64,000 nucleotides of DNA from Amoebophrya sp. A120 (Eukaryota; Protista; Dinoflagellata): contig CAJINV010000021.1 in assembly GCA_905178155.1 (NCBI GenBank), forward strand, positions 483,530 to 547,529. Reading direction: 5' to 3'. Both the position numbers and the translations under genes were made by a program. A model generated the notes under the pieces. That model searched no databases, was not told where the DNA came from, and saw nothing but the letters and a program-made list of their open reading frames with translations. Shown here piece by piece: positions 1 through 13,200 of the stretch (the first letter of the stretch is position 1; the number at the start of each line of letters is the position of its first letter).

Positions 1-1000
1 GGCTTCGAGGCTCTGCGGCTTCGAGGCTCCGAGGGTTCGCTGCTTCGGCACTTCGCTGCTTCGGGGCTTCGCTGCTTCGGGGCTTCGAGGCTTCGAGGCT
101 TCGCTGCTTGTTCGAGGCTTCGTTGCTTGTTCGAGGATTCGCCGCTTGTTCGAGGATTCGCTGCTTGTTCGAGGCCTCGCAGCTTGTTCGAGGCTTCGCT
201 GCTTGTTTGAGGCTTCGCTGCTTGTTCGAGGCTTCGTTGCTTGTTCGAGGCTTCGCTGCTTCGAGGCTTCGCTGCCTCGAGGTTTCGCTGCTTCGAGGCT
301 TCGCTGCTTCGAGGCTTCGCTGCTTCGAGGCTTCGCTGCTTCGAGGTTTCGCTGCTTCGAGGCTTCGCTGCTTCGAGGCTTCGCCGGCCGCTTCGAGGCT
401 ACGCCGCTTCGAGGCTTCGCCGCTTCGGGGCTTCGCCGCTTCGGGGCTTCGCTGCTTCGCTGCTTCGAGGGTTCGCTGCTTCGAGGGTTCGCTGCTTCGA
501 GGGTTCGCTGCTTCGAGGCTTTGCTGCTTCGGGGCTTCGGGGCATCGAGGCTTCGCCGCTTGTTCGAGGCTTCGCCGCTTGTTCGAGGATTCGCTGCTTG
601 TTCGAGGCTTCGCTGCTTGTTCGAGGCTTCGCTGCTTGTTCGAGGCTTCGCTGCTTCGAGGCTTCGCTGCTTCATCGAGGCTTCGCTGCTTCATCGAGGC
701 TTCCCTGTTTCGAGGCTTCGCTGCTTCGGGGCTTCGCTGCTTCGAGGCTTCGCTGCTTCCTTCGAGGCTTCGCTGCTTCGAGGCTTCGCTGCTTCGGGGC
801 TTCGCTGCTTCGGGGCTGCGCTGCTTCGGGGCTGCGCTGCATGCTTCGCGGCTTTGCTGCTTCGAGGCTTCGCCGCTTCGAAGCTTCGCTGCTTCGAGGT
901 TTCGCTGCTTCGAGGCTTCGCTGCTTCGAGGCTTCGCGGCTTCGCCGCTTCCTTCGGCGTTTCGAGGCCTCATCGTTTCGAGGCTTCGCCGCTTAGAAGC
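1..1000. repeat. Tandem satellite of 8-mers GCTTCGAG/GCTTCGCT (16-bp higher-order unit; variants GCTTGTTCGAG, GCTTCGGG)
   Basis: Directly visible; runs off the left edge of the window. The three overlapping repetitive ORFs here are by-products of the repeat. Confidence 0.95.
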
Positions 1001-1019
1001 TTGGGCACTTTGTCTGCAT

Positions 1020-1240
1020 TTCGTTGTTGTTGTTTTTCGTTTCTATTCTTTGTTTTTGTTTTTTCTTTTCATTCTTTGTTTTCATTCTTTGTTTTCGTTT
1101 TTCGTTTCTATTCTTTGTTTTCGTTTTTCGTTTCCATCCTTTGTTTTCGTTTTTCGTTTCCATTCTTTGTTTCCATTCTTTGTTTTCGTTTTTCGTTTTC
1201 ATTCTTTGTTTTTGTTTTTCGTTTCTATTGTTTGTTTTTA
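1020..1240. repeat. T-rich minisatellite (~26-bp unit like TTTGTTTTCGTTTTTCGTTTCCATTC)
   Basis: Repeated TTTGTTTTCGTTTTTCG / CATTC units adjoining the GC-rich satellite. Confidence 0.85.
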
Positions 1241-1358
1241 TTGCGGGATACTATTAAATAATGGGTTTTCTGACTTATAACTAGTCATGGTAGAGATTTA
1301 TCAATCGAAATCATTATGGCGCGTTAATTAGTTGTGAAGCGAACATCAAAATAAAAAT

Positions 1359-4300
1359 ATGAGTAGCAAGGCCGGAGCAGCGCAGGGCCAGCAGCCGCGC
1401 AAGGGCGCGACGCCGCGGACCGCCGCCGGTGGGGCTACGTCATCATCCAATAAGTCTCCGAAGCTCCAGCAGATGGTGCAAGCTGCAGGTACGGCAAAAG
1501 CGACTGCTGGTGCTCCCACCAGTATCAGTAAGGAAGATGTTGCTTTTCTCATCTTCATGATGCCTGATGTGGCAATGACTCCGTTCTTGCTCTTGTTTGG
1601 TCTTGTTATTTTCAAGACCAACACGGTTGATTCTTGATTTCTCTAGTAAGTAGCACCAAATAATTTATCGCAGGCCGCGGCACATCACGTGCCGCAGTTG
1701 CTGGCGCCGCCAAGCAAGAAGACTCCGGCGCAGGAGGGACCAACAGGAATACCAGTCCGCAGAAATCTAGGCAACAAGGGCAAGGCCCGGAACAACAAGA
1801 CAATTCGTCGCGATCCCCAAACAAATCTTCCTTTACCACGGTGGTGAAACAGATGAACGCCGCGCGAGCCCTATCTCCCCGCCAGCGCCGCCCGGCCACT
1901 TCTCCCCTAACCTACAAGGAGCGGATCAAGCTGCATGTGGAGCGACGCAGGCAGCTGACATCAAATCCTGGGGAAGAATTGTTCCCGCCGGTGGGAGGAG
2001 GAGGTGGTGGTACTAGTACTTCAGGAGCTCCTGCGATGTCCTCCGGCGCAGCACACGAAGTGGACGCGTTTCAAGAGACGCCGGGCTTTGGCATGCAGCC
2101 CGGGTCGGCGGAAGGTACAAGAACCATGAAAATTTGCTACGTAGATGAGGTCCTGGGCTGTAGTTATAGTCAACAAGAAGGCCAGCACATAGCTCCTCAC
2201 TACACTTTTTGCATTTGCACTTTGACATGGCAAAAATGCGATAAAAAACACTCTCGGACACCATCACCACCACGACACCAGATTCTCCAACCCAGAGCCA
2301 ATCTGTGGCGACGCTGGACCCTTCCCCCGACGGTGCGCACCGGCAGCAGGTGTATCATCCATCCCGCAGCAACCACGGAATCCATCCAGACGACCCGATG
2401 CTACGAGATTACGCCGTGAGTGCTGTCGTCCCGGAGGAAAATGACCCGGGATTGCTTCTCCACGACATGGTTTCCCCGATCAAAAACGAGGGCAGGATGC
2501 TGATGGAGCCCTTCGCGCAGAATGTAGAGGAGGACTTTGCAGCCAACACAACGCATGGCATACAGCAGGAACAGCTCTCCATCGCACCGCCGGGAACCTC
2601 CGTTGCGCGGGCCATGAGCGGCACCAGCTACTACGATCAACAGCAGCGGTTTCGCGCGAACTCCGCGGATAGCGCCCTGCAGATGATGGCGGGAGGAGGA
2701 CAACAGCAACACCAGCAGAACCTCCACCTACAGGAGCCCTCATTCCCAGCTCCTCCTGTCGTGAAAAAGAACGTGCTTGTCGTGGAGCTTCCTTTGGACC
2801 CCGAGACCACTAAAGCCTTCCCCTCGCAACACTGGCCTTCGGAAACGGAACAGGAACTGGAACAAAGGCTCTGCTGGGCGTTCGGAATGCGGTTTGATTT
2901 TTCCACCACGTCTTCCTCTACGGGGGAGAAAAATAAGTTGAAGATGAGGTTTGAAAACGAGGAAATTTCATCCCTGTTGAACCAGGTCCTGCCGAAGTTA
3001 TCGCACCAGGAGAATCACCAGGACCACCGCAACATACTGCACGACATCGCGGACCAAGCTTTTTCGGATACGGAGCAACAGGAAAAGCAGCACCACCACG
3101 CGCTGTCCGAGCGGGTGCGGATCGAGTTCCTGGCCTACCGGAAGGCCCTGGATGAACAGGAGCGGTCGCTGCACATGCACCGCGCGCAACTGACCGAACA
3201 GGAACGGAAGCACCAGGCCGAGGTCGACGAATTGCAAACGGAAATCGCACGACTGCAAGCCGCGACCGAGACGCAGTGTGGCGAATTACAAGCGTCGTTG
3301 GACCGGGCCCAAGAGGAATTTGGGCTGGTCGAGAACGTCAGCGAAGAGCGAAAATTGCTGCTAGGGGAGGCGGAAACGAAGATTTTGCAGCTCGAAACTG
3401 CGAAGGGAGAGACGGATGTATATAAACACTTCTTTTTTCTCATGCTGGCCGCCATGCACTTGAACAATAATCTGTATCTTTTTGATGAGAATTCACTGCC
3501 AGACTGGCAGTGAGTGACAGTCGCTCCATACTAGTACCCAGCTATCATTCATCTATCCAGATCAACAAAGACTGAAGATCCCGCACGTATCTTAAAAATG
3601 TAAGTTGTACATACTTTCATCTCATTTTCAGGCCCAACTTCAAATCTTCGAGCAGAAAGCGGAACAGCTGCAGACCGAGAAGGACAAACTAACCCTGGAG
3701 CGGACGGAGCTGCAGCACAAGCTCGAGGAGGTCGTTGCCTCTAACGAAAAAGAAAGAGACCAGGCAGAGAAGAAACGGGAGAGTCTGTTCCAGCAGAACA
3801 CGCATCTGCAAGCGGAGTACGAAGTCTTGACGGCGAAACTGCTACAGGCGAAAGACGAAGCCAAAGTCGCACTGCAGGAGAAGGAGCAGCAACGCGAGGC
3901 GTTGACAACGGAAAAGGAACGGCAAGTGGATCAGCTGAAGCGGGAGAAGCACGTGAGGAACAGGACGAGATGAAATATAACAAATTCAAATGCATTTTTT
4001 CAAACCCTTTTTCCTCCCTGATAGGCTTCTTCACTAGTTCACTACCGTACTGGTGCAAGCGCAAAGCCAAGGAGTTGCGTGTTGTCACAGCTTCCTCCCG
4101 CTGGTTCACGGCGTGCATGGTCTATTTTTCTTGACCCCAAATAAATCCTAGGACCTCCTCGCCACTGAGCAGCGTCGGCTTCGGGAATCCGAGGCGCAAA
4201 TGCAGCGTTTCTACGAGGAACAGGAGCAGGAATGGGTGCTCCTGTTGCAGCAGCGGGCCGACGACGTGAAGCGCAAGGAGGCCGACTGTGCGCGAAAAAT

Positions 4301-6458
4301 CAAGGACGCGCACGAGAAGCGCCGCGAGGATGTGCTGCACGAGACAAACTCGCTGCAGGAACAGATTCGCAAGGAGAACAGCGAGCTGCGAACCAAGTGC
4401 GCGCGGATGGAAACCGCGAGTCGGAATGCGAAGCAGGAGGTGGAAAGCGTGAAGAAGCAGAACAACATGCTTTTACTCGACCGGCAGGACACGAGCGCGA
4501 AGTTGCAAAAGGCCCTGGAGACGAAGAGAAATCTGCAAGAGCAGGTGGAGGAATTGAAAACGGTTGTGCAGGAGCAAGCGGACGCTCTTGTTTCTAACCA
4601 GCCCCCTTTGATGGACAGTAGTGCGTCGAGTATGCTGATGAGTTCCTATTCCGCCCGCGGGGGAGGTGCAGGAGGACCCGCTACTTCCAGTTCCGCCGCG
4701 GGTGTACAACAGCGGTCTGTGCGGAGCGGGAGCGCCTCCGCGCGGGCCGCCTGGGGTGCCGGGCCCGGAGCTGCTACTGTGAACAACGCCACTCCGGGGC
4801 GGAGGAGACCACCGAACAATTTGTCCGCGAGTAGTACTAGCAACCGATACACCCCAAGACGCGAAAGAAATAACCCGGCGTCGTCGTCCACAGCACAAAG
4901 CATCCATCAAAAGCCGCCACCGCTGTTGAATAAGACTGCGACAAGGGCCGCATCGCCACCGCCCGCGAACTACGGGGGAAGTAACTTAAACAATAGCTCA
5001 TCGAAGGAAAGCATTATGACCGCTGACAATGCACATCAGGGGGAACATCAACACCAACAACCCTTAAGTTACAGAACTCAATCCTCGGTTCCCGACGAGC
5101 ATGATGAAATTGTGCATCCTGGCGTGGCAATGTCGAATCAGGGCGGATCTGTAGGACCACCAGCAGGAAAACCTCAAACACAAACGCAGGCGCTGATCAA
5201 AGCTCGGCCCGCGGGGCTAACAAGCTCGCTGTCGTCCCTTTCCGCAAGCAGCAGAAACCCGTCTCCAGCAGCTGCCATGTCGGGCGCCGCCTCTGGTGCT
5301 CATCCAGCGTTCCATCCGGGTGGTGGAGGTTCCGAAAACACAACACCGACACAGGCTGCCCAATCTGGAGGAGGTGCAACTACGGGAATAACTTTTGCCT
5401 CTTCAAAACAGCTCGCCCGGTCGGGGAGTGCAAGTAGCGCAGGTCTTTTCGGCGGTCCAGTTGCAACAAGCCCGGCGAGTTCATTCAAGCACCTCTCAAC
5501 CACGTTCAATCCAGGTCTACGCGCACCCTCTCCACGGGCTGGTGCGCAGCAGCAGCAGCTTGTTTCAGGACCGATGACAGCACATAGTTCCGGCGGAGGG
5601 CGCCCGCCGTTAATGAGTGCTAACATGCAGATGCAACAGCAGGCGTCGAACAGCAGCTCATGTGTGAGCCCAACAGCGGCGGCTCACCAGCATCAAGGCG
5701 GTGGAGGTCAACAACACATGCAAATGAGCAGCAGCCTCCGATCGCTTTCTGGCTCACGCAACATGCTGCAGACCGCACCCTTTCAAACTCGGCTTGGCGG
5801 AACGAATAATTTGAATTATCCGCTGAACAATTTGTCCAGCAGTAGAGTGGGGGGCGTCGGAGGTACAACAGCAACTGCAGCTGCAGCAAATCATCCAAGT
5901 GCAAATCAGTATCAGGGTCAGGTTCCTGGTGGTACAGGAACAATTGTTCAAAATTTCACACCGCGCGGAGGGAACATAGCTCAACATTTCCAACATAAGC
6001 AAAACCTCTCCGCCACCAGCAACACAAATGGGTCCTCGTTTCGCTCACCGATGGAAGGAATCATGTCGACCGGAAATAATAACCTTCTGACGGGGAGCCA
6101 GCCGCAACTCTTGAACTTGGACGTTTCGAACATCAATACACCAAATCTGGAGAATTCCTTCCACAGCGTCGGCACACCGGGGCTGCTTGGAACCGCTGGA
6201 AGCAACAGTTTGCAGATGACGCGGAATCTGTACGCCTCGGCGCAGCAGAGTCCGGTGAATGCAGCAACGGGAGCGGCAGTAGGTGGCCCACCACCTCTTG
6301 CGGAGAACAATGATCAGGAGGCGAAGCTCGCGGCGATGATGGCAGACCGAGCGCGGATGGAGGCTATGGTAGAACGGAAAAAGCAGGAGCTGGCAGAGAA
6401 AAAACGACTGGCGTTACTAGCACAGCAACAGGCCGGCGCAGCAGCGCAAGGGTCATAA
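1359..6458 (+). CDS. Large coiled-coil, low-complexity hypothetical protein; 5 exons, canonical GT-AG introns
   Basis: Introns ~1529-1673, 2115-2281, 3418-3631 and 3953-4151 are GT..AG and join ORFs 1359, 1841, 2305, 3605 and 4200 in frame. E/Q/K-rich heptad segments, followed by an S/G/N/Q-rich tail. Confidence 0.75.
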
Positions 6459-9400
6459 GTAGTACCTCCAGAGTGCGCTCCTGCAGCTCCTCTGCAGATT
6501 CAGCTCCTGAGCAGCACTTACTTTTTTGGTCGTGTTTCATATGATTTACGCTTATTTTCCAGAAGACGAGAAAACTTAAATTCTACGACGAACAGTACCT
6601 GTATCCATGTCAAAATAAAAAACACAACTCAGTGTCAGTCAGATGAGAAAAAAAAGCTCTGGGCTCTACGAATCAATTTAAGACTTTTTCATAGCGAGAA
6701 ACATTGATATGCACTTGTACGATAAAACGATCACACAAAGGAAAGATGAACTTGAACTTGCAGTCATGTACTAAATCCAGCACATTGAAGACCATGACAC
6801 GACTTGGCAACACCGCTCCTGCGCAACCTCATGCTTGAGTGGCGTTGAGCTCGACGAGGACACCTTGATTCGTAACACAGCGAAATATGTAAATCTAAAT
6901 GTATCACTCGAGAAAATTTAGCACCACCAAAGTGGCAACATGTTGTTGACACGACGACTTCTGACATCTTCAAGTCCATGCACTTACGACTGACGATGTA
7001 AGTGACCAAGTTGCAGATGCAATGGCTAAAAATATTGGTTGACTCAGAAATTCAACTTGTTGGCTCCGCGAAGCGCAATGCCGAAGATCAAGATCCAATA
7101 TCTCATGCTCAAATAGATTTCGCTCTTCGGTAGTACTCACATAAAACTACTGGAAGATGTCTGTACATTCATGTGACAAGAAGAAAGCGTCGCTGACGTC
7201 GCAAAGAAGCAAAAGATAAAAGTCCCATCCTGGCTCCGTCTTTGAGACAAAAAATTGCGATCATATTTTCTTCTATATCTATTTTTGCCGGAGTATTATA
7301 GCTCTAGCGTTCGATGAGGATGCAAGACATGAAGCGTCATCAAGCGAAAGCGTGAGAAAGATCCACAAGCACAAAAATTGAAATTTTAGAAGGAAAGAAG
7401 ATCATGAAAAATTTTGAAAAGACCTGCGGGCTTCATTGATCACAAATGGAATAAAACCCTGGAAAGCACAAAAAGGGGTAGTAGAGCAGCAGCAATTTCA
7501 ACGTCTACTTCATCGGTCAAAAATAAATTGCATGATGAGTAGATCCCCATTTTTGAGAAGTAGCGCTACCGAAAGTAGATCGCGGTGAAAGGTAAATCAA
7601 TGAAAAAAATAATCGAAACAGTTCCTGTTCCATTGGTTTTGTAGAAATCTTCGTATTTACCCAAAAAATCGATGACATGAACATGGTATTTTGAGCAAAG
7701 TGCGCCTACTTTCTAGAAGATCTAGTCGAAACAAAGAAAGAACGATCGATCGTGTTGTAGGAGGTGGATCATCAGCGAGAATGTTTTTTTTTATCACATA
7801 AAATAAATACACACCATCATTGACCTTTGACCACTTCAATATCAACTTCAAAACAAAACCACAGCCGAGCAGTCAGAATCTGTACCCTAGAACAAGCGGC
7901 CGCACTACAAGGTCGCCAAAAAGACGATATAGGAAGAGGTAGACAAAAGACTCTCGCGTTACTTATCATCTTCGCCTCTGGATAGAGCTCGAGCAAGAAT
8001 CTTCGATTGTGTGGTCTCATTTTAGTAAGGATCAGGAAAGACATAGTACAACAAATACAACAAGTAGTTTTGTTCCATGTGTGAATAGTACAGAAGAAAT
8101 AACATCACCGAAAAAGTATCGATATTGAACTCTATTTGTTGAGCAGCTCACTCCTAGTTTTTTACACAAACGGCATACTCTACTACTTCGCCCAGTATTG
8201 CTTATCACATTTTTGGTCGGTTGTATCTTTTGCGAACAGAACGAAAATAATACGGAAGCAAGAGTCTCCTAAGTTTTTGGCTTCGTTGAATTTTGTCTCC
8301 ATTTTTTTCTAGTTCAAGAGAGTGCCGATCGTAAATTTGTGTTATAGAAGCTGCCACATATCGGTCTGTTTTCAGGGAGTGTAGCAGCTTATAGTAGTGT
8401 TTAAATTCAAGACTTTTTGAACCTGTAGTCACACTTTCTTCGACGCTACTATTCTAAAAATTGGTATACGTATATAATCATCGTTTTATTGGCTCATCGA
8501 ATTTACTCGCCGAAAGGTCGTGGATAAACAGCAAAATCGCTTAATCTGGCGGCCCAACAAGACGGACTCAAGTACCAGAAGATATTTCTGTAAAAAATCC
8601 ATCTTCCTTTTGGCTCTACAAGTATTTTCAGGCGAAAAATTGACAACTACACCTTTGACGACTGTTGAGAAGAGAAGACAGTATTTTTTACTTCGACTGA
8701 CATTGATTTTTCCCGTCGACAAACTACTCACGACATCGAGTACCTCCATATTGGCATACTAGTCCACAAAGACGAAAATCAACGCCCGCGCGCATATTAG
8801 TCCAAGCGAAAGTACCTGAAAGGAGTATAGAAATTTCTGCTGCTCATAGAACAACACTAGTTTACCTTTTAGCTTTTTTTATAGATTTCTTTACGTGCGC
8901 GGCGATACGTGTCCCGCTTTGTTGATCTTTTTCTACGCATAGAAGTTTTTTTTTCTTTTGACAGAGGTCGTCTACTTTTTTAAGTGTTCTACTTTTGATT
9001 ACACCGCAAAATCTCCATTTTTGACAAAGCTGACTGTCGGCTTTCTCCTGCGCGATCGCAGCTTCTGTCCTCCATACAGAATCTACTACCAAAAGCAGAA
9101 TACCTACCACCTTGTACAATCTTCGTTAGCCCAAGAATTTACCAAGCGGACGAGCAAAAGAAGTGTAAGTAGTTCTTCCATCTATCCTCCTGGAGTTCCT
9201 CTTTATTTCAACATCTCGCCCGTTTTTTTATCTTGCTTGAAATTGTTTAAGAATTAGAAAATTACACGATACATATTACGCCAGATTTTTAAGTAATACT
9301 GTCCGTGACAACTACTACTCGCTTAGAAGTCTTGTGTACAACTACGTGGTAAAAAAACTCATCTTGTTCACTTGCTGCACATCGGATTTGTTGTTTGGCC

Positions 9401-10266
9401 AAAAGAGTCGCAACAACATAGTCGACTGTGTTTCATCAAGAACTACAAACCGCAAGTTGATACAACTATTTCGAAGATTACACAAAAAGACAAAATACAC
9501 CATTGCTGCACAAAGCACTTTGATTTTTTTAAAACAGAAATTAGAAACCACCACCAAAATAACCTACAGAGGCTTAGTCTTCTTCAACAGCCACGGTTAG
9601 TAGATCAACCTCGAACGCGGAATACGCAAAAATCTAGAACTCAACACAGGTTGTATTGCTAACATTCGTGTGGGACGACAAGCCGACATCGTTCCGATGC
9701 GAAAGCCTTTGATGTGCAGGTGCAGCTAATCAACAAAAAAAACGAGTCAAGCGGACTTTATTTCTTTACGGAACCATTCTAGTTCTTTGCTCTTCATCTT
9801 ATTTTTCGCATTTATTGGTACCCAAAGCACACTACACTTGATACCTCGTTGTAAAAGTTTTACACTTAGAACTACCTCGAGTATTGATTATTTTTTCAAA
9901 ACTTTTTGCTGTGCAATTGGCTATACTTCGCTGACCTCCCTCCCATCAGTTGTGGATTGAGATTATCGAAGGTAAGCGCGATAGGATATTCGTACGGCTT
10001 CTAAATTACCATCTTCTTCAAAGCTGCACATGGCTGTAGCATAAACTTGAAAGGATAGAACACATAACATCGAGGAACTACTACACGAAAAATCTTGAAT
10101 TAAACACGTACACAAATACCATAACCAACGCGTGCATCTGCAGTATTTCGACATCCGCCTCACTCTGCACCTGCATCTCGAGATAAAAATTGACAAGAAG
10201 AAGAATATAAATCAAAACTACACGCCGGTTTATTGACAAAAATCATTGAAGCTAAAATCACAAATA

Positions 10267-13200
10267 GAAGAACCGCAATTGTACTTATCTCGACGTCTTC
10301 ACGGTCAGTGGCGGTGCAAGAACATCGGCTTCATCAATTTCGTGTTGGACGACTCCGACCTGCTCGAATCGACCATGACGGGCACACAAACAACCGAGTA
10401 TACCTTGCAGACGGGCTCCTGCGGTACGATTTTTTTTTAGCTTTTCTTGGCTTTGCATAAATCGAAATTGCCATTGCGCACGACACACTACAATTCATCT
10501 CATTTTCGTCTTTATCTCAGAAGATAGCTTTGGGTGAGGCAGGGGTCGTTTCTTTATTATGAGCGCAAGTTGCAGCAAAAATGATCATGAATGGCAAAAA
10601 AATCTTCGTAACCTAGTAAGCCATAGCTTCGCGGCCTTCGCGTCGCGGCCGCAAGGAACCATTTTCAAAAAAAAAACAGGCCAAGTCGAGGAGCTTCTGC
10701 CCATTGGCGAAGACGGGGATCTTCACGGTGAGACTCTCGATTTCCTGCCCGACCTGCCGAGCACGTTCAGCCGGCAGGCCTCAATCAAGTCAGTGGTGAA
10801 TGACGGAAGCGCCAGTCCCGACGGAGGCACCAGGACGCCGCTATCGCTTTCGAAAATCTTCGACTTTGACACCACGTCGGCCTTCGGCAGCAGCAGCGCG
10901 AGCGCGTCCCCGGCCGCTTCGGGTCAGACCACCAAGTCCGAAGGTGGCGGGGATGGTGCAAATTGCACTGTTGGAGAGTTATCTGGGTCCCCGGCCTCCA
11001 GCTTGGAGCGCATGTCTTCGCAGAACAGGTCCTTTACTGGATTTGGCAATAAAACCTCCGGAGGAAACACAACTCAGGTTGTTGTGACCGAGGAAGCGGT
11101 CGCCACGCCCGCGAAAGCCACCTGGATTCCGGCGAAGGCGAATGGCGGGGGTAATGGGTCAAATTTCCAGAACAATAATCAGGATTTCTACTTGTCCTCC
11201 GCGACGGAGGTGATGGGAGACGAGAATAATTACCCCGAGCAAGATCTTCGCAATGAACCGAATAAATCCACTGCTGAAGAGGCTCTTGCGTCGTCGGCCG
11301 TAGAGGACAGCGCCCAGCACAACTGGTCGTCGACCGCGAAAAATAGTAAGGGAAATTATACCTACAACCAGAACGGGACAACTACTGGCACAACTTCGAA
11401 GAAGAAGAGCAAGAAGATGAGGGAGCTGAATTCATCTTACCAAGAAAACACAACCACGTCCTCCTGGTACAAAAAAGACCCCACGACGACGACGTCGGGT
11501 GCTGCGGGAGGTAAGCAAACGGATAAGGAGCTGCACAAAAAAGGCAGCGCAAATTGGACTTCTAACGACAACTGGCGCGCACCGGCGGCGGGTGGGGGTG
11601 TTGATCAACACAAGGAGAATACTAACGGAAAAGACAGTTCTACCACCACTTCTAAGTCCACCTACCACGACAAGGATTACTACTACAGCAATTCCTCGTC
11701 TACGAAGAAAGGATCCGGTGCAGCAGCTGCTATCGCGAAAAGCGGCAGTGCGGACAACCTCTCTTGCTCAGCCACGGAGACCGAAGCGGGCACGTCGAAA
11801 AGCAGCCGGCGGCAACGGAAAAAGGACAGTAAAGGCGCGGCCGGGGTGATTAATAATACCGCGACCACTACAACTTCTAAGGGCGGCAAGGGCGAGATGA
11901 TGAACAGCAAAGGGGACAAAACTTCTAGCAACTCGGGGGTGGTTCACAACAACAGCCAGGGCGGGAAGTGGAGCTCTACGAAGGATAAGCATGGAAATAC
12001 CACATCAACGTCTGCTGCTGGTGGAAATGATACGGTCACAACTTCCGCGACGATTCCCTCTTCCGGAACGAGTTGTGCAGCTGTGGACCACACAGTGTAC
12101 CCTGCTGTAACAACTCCCTCCGGAGTTACAACTACCACAACTGCAGGAGCTGCGCCGTCCCCAATTTCATCGTCTTTGCTCCAGCAGCCGGGCTCCAGTT
12201 CGATGTCCTCGTCTGGGGAAGAAACCGGACCGCGGAAATTACTGGGCGCCTGGGGCAAGCGACTTCAGGAAAAGGAGGAGCAGCAACTCGCGGCCGCCGC
12301 GGCCGCGTCGAAGGAGGAAGTATCGTCTTGTCCTCCGCCCTCCGAGTTGTTTAAGAAAACAATGCCTGCGGAGGAAGTTGTAGGAGAGCAAGCTGCAGTC
12401 GCAGTGCCGATCGACCACAAAGATCTCCACACAACTGCTCCTTCGCCTTCTCCCCCACAGGAGGTCATCAACACAGACCACCAACAGCAGGAACAACAAC
12501 TACAACCTGGAGATGGTCCTCCTCGTCCCTCCACGAGCGGCCAGGCGGTCTGCCACGCATTTGACAAAATGATGCAAGGTGTGAACAAGGATGCCGAGGA
12601 GGACTCTCGCCCGCGCCGGCACACGGAGGGCGGCCACAAGCCGTCGAATTGGTGGCTCAGTGGAGGCGCTTGCTCGACCGCCGAACAGAGCCCGGCCAAC
12701 TGCAGCGACACGGGAGGCTTACTCACGACCACGCGCGGTGGTCACCAGGCCGCGCAGTCGTCCAGCAGGATGAGTGTGGCTCCTTTGTCGAGCTCGGCAG
12801 CAGATGTTGACCCGAATTATCTCAGCCCCCAGGAGCGCACTATGTTGCGCGCCTCGGCACTGACGCCAACGTCCAACGGAGGGAGCACCCCGGGGTGTCC
12901 TCTGGGCCCCACACAGTCGCTGCCGAACATGGTGTCGTCGCGAGGCGGCTCTGACCTGACGTCGACCCCGCCGGGTGGAAATAAGATGAACCAGCAAAGC
13001 TCCTGCCTTGGAACATCAAATGCGACTGGGACGATTGACCAGCAGCAGGCTTCCTTTTTCAACCCGAGCAAGCAGCCACCACAGATGCCACCGGTTATGC
13101 TGAGCGGATCAACTAGTACGTGCGGCACCACAGGTAGCTCTTCCGTGCCTATCCTGTGCAAAAGTATCGTACTCGTAGTAATTGCGCTTATGCATGACAA

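Noticed and set aside
108-1280. Three long overlapping + ORFs (RGFAASRLRCFEAS repeats)
   Set aside because: They are translations of the 8/16-bp satellite in all frames.
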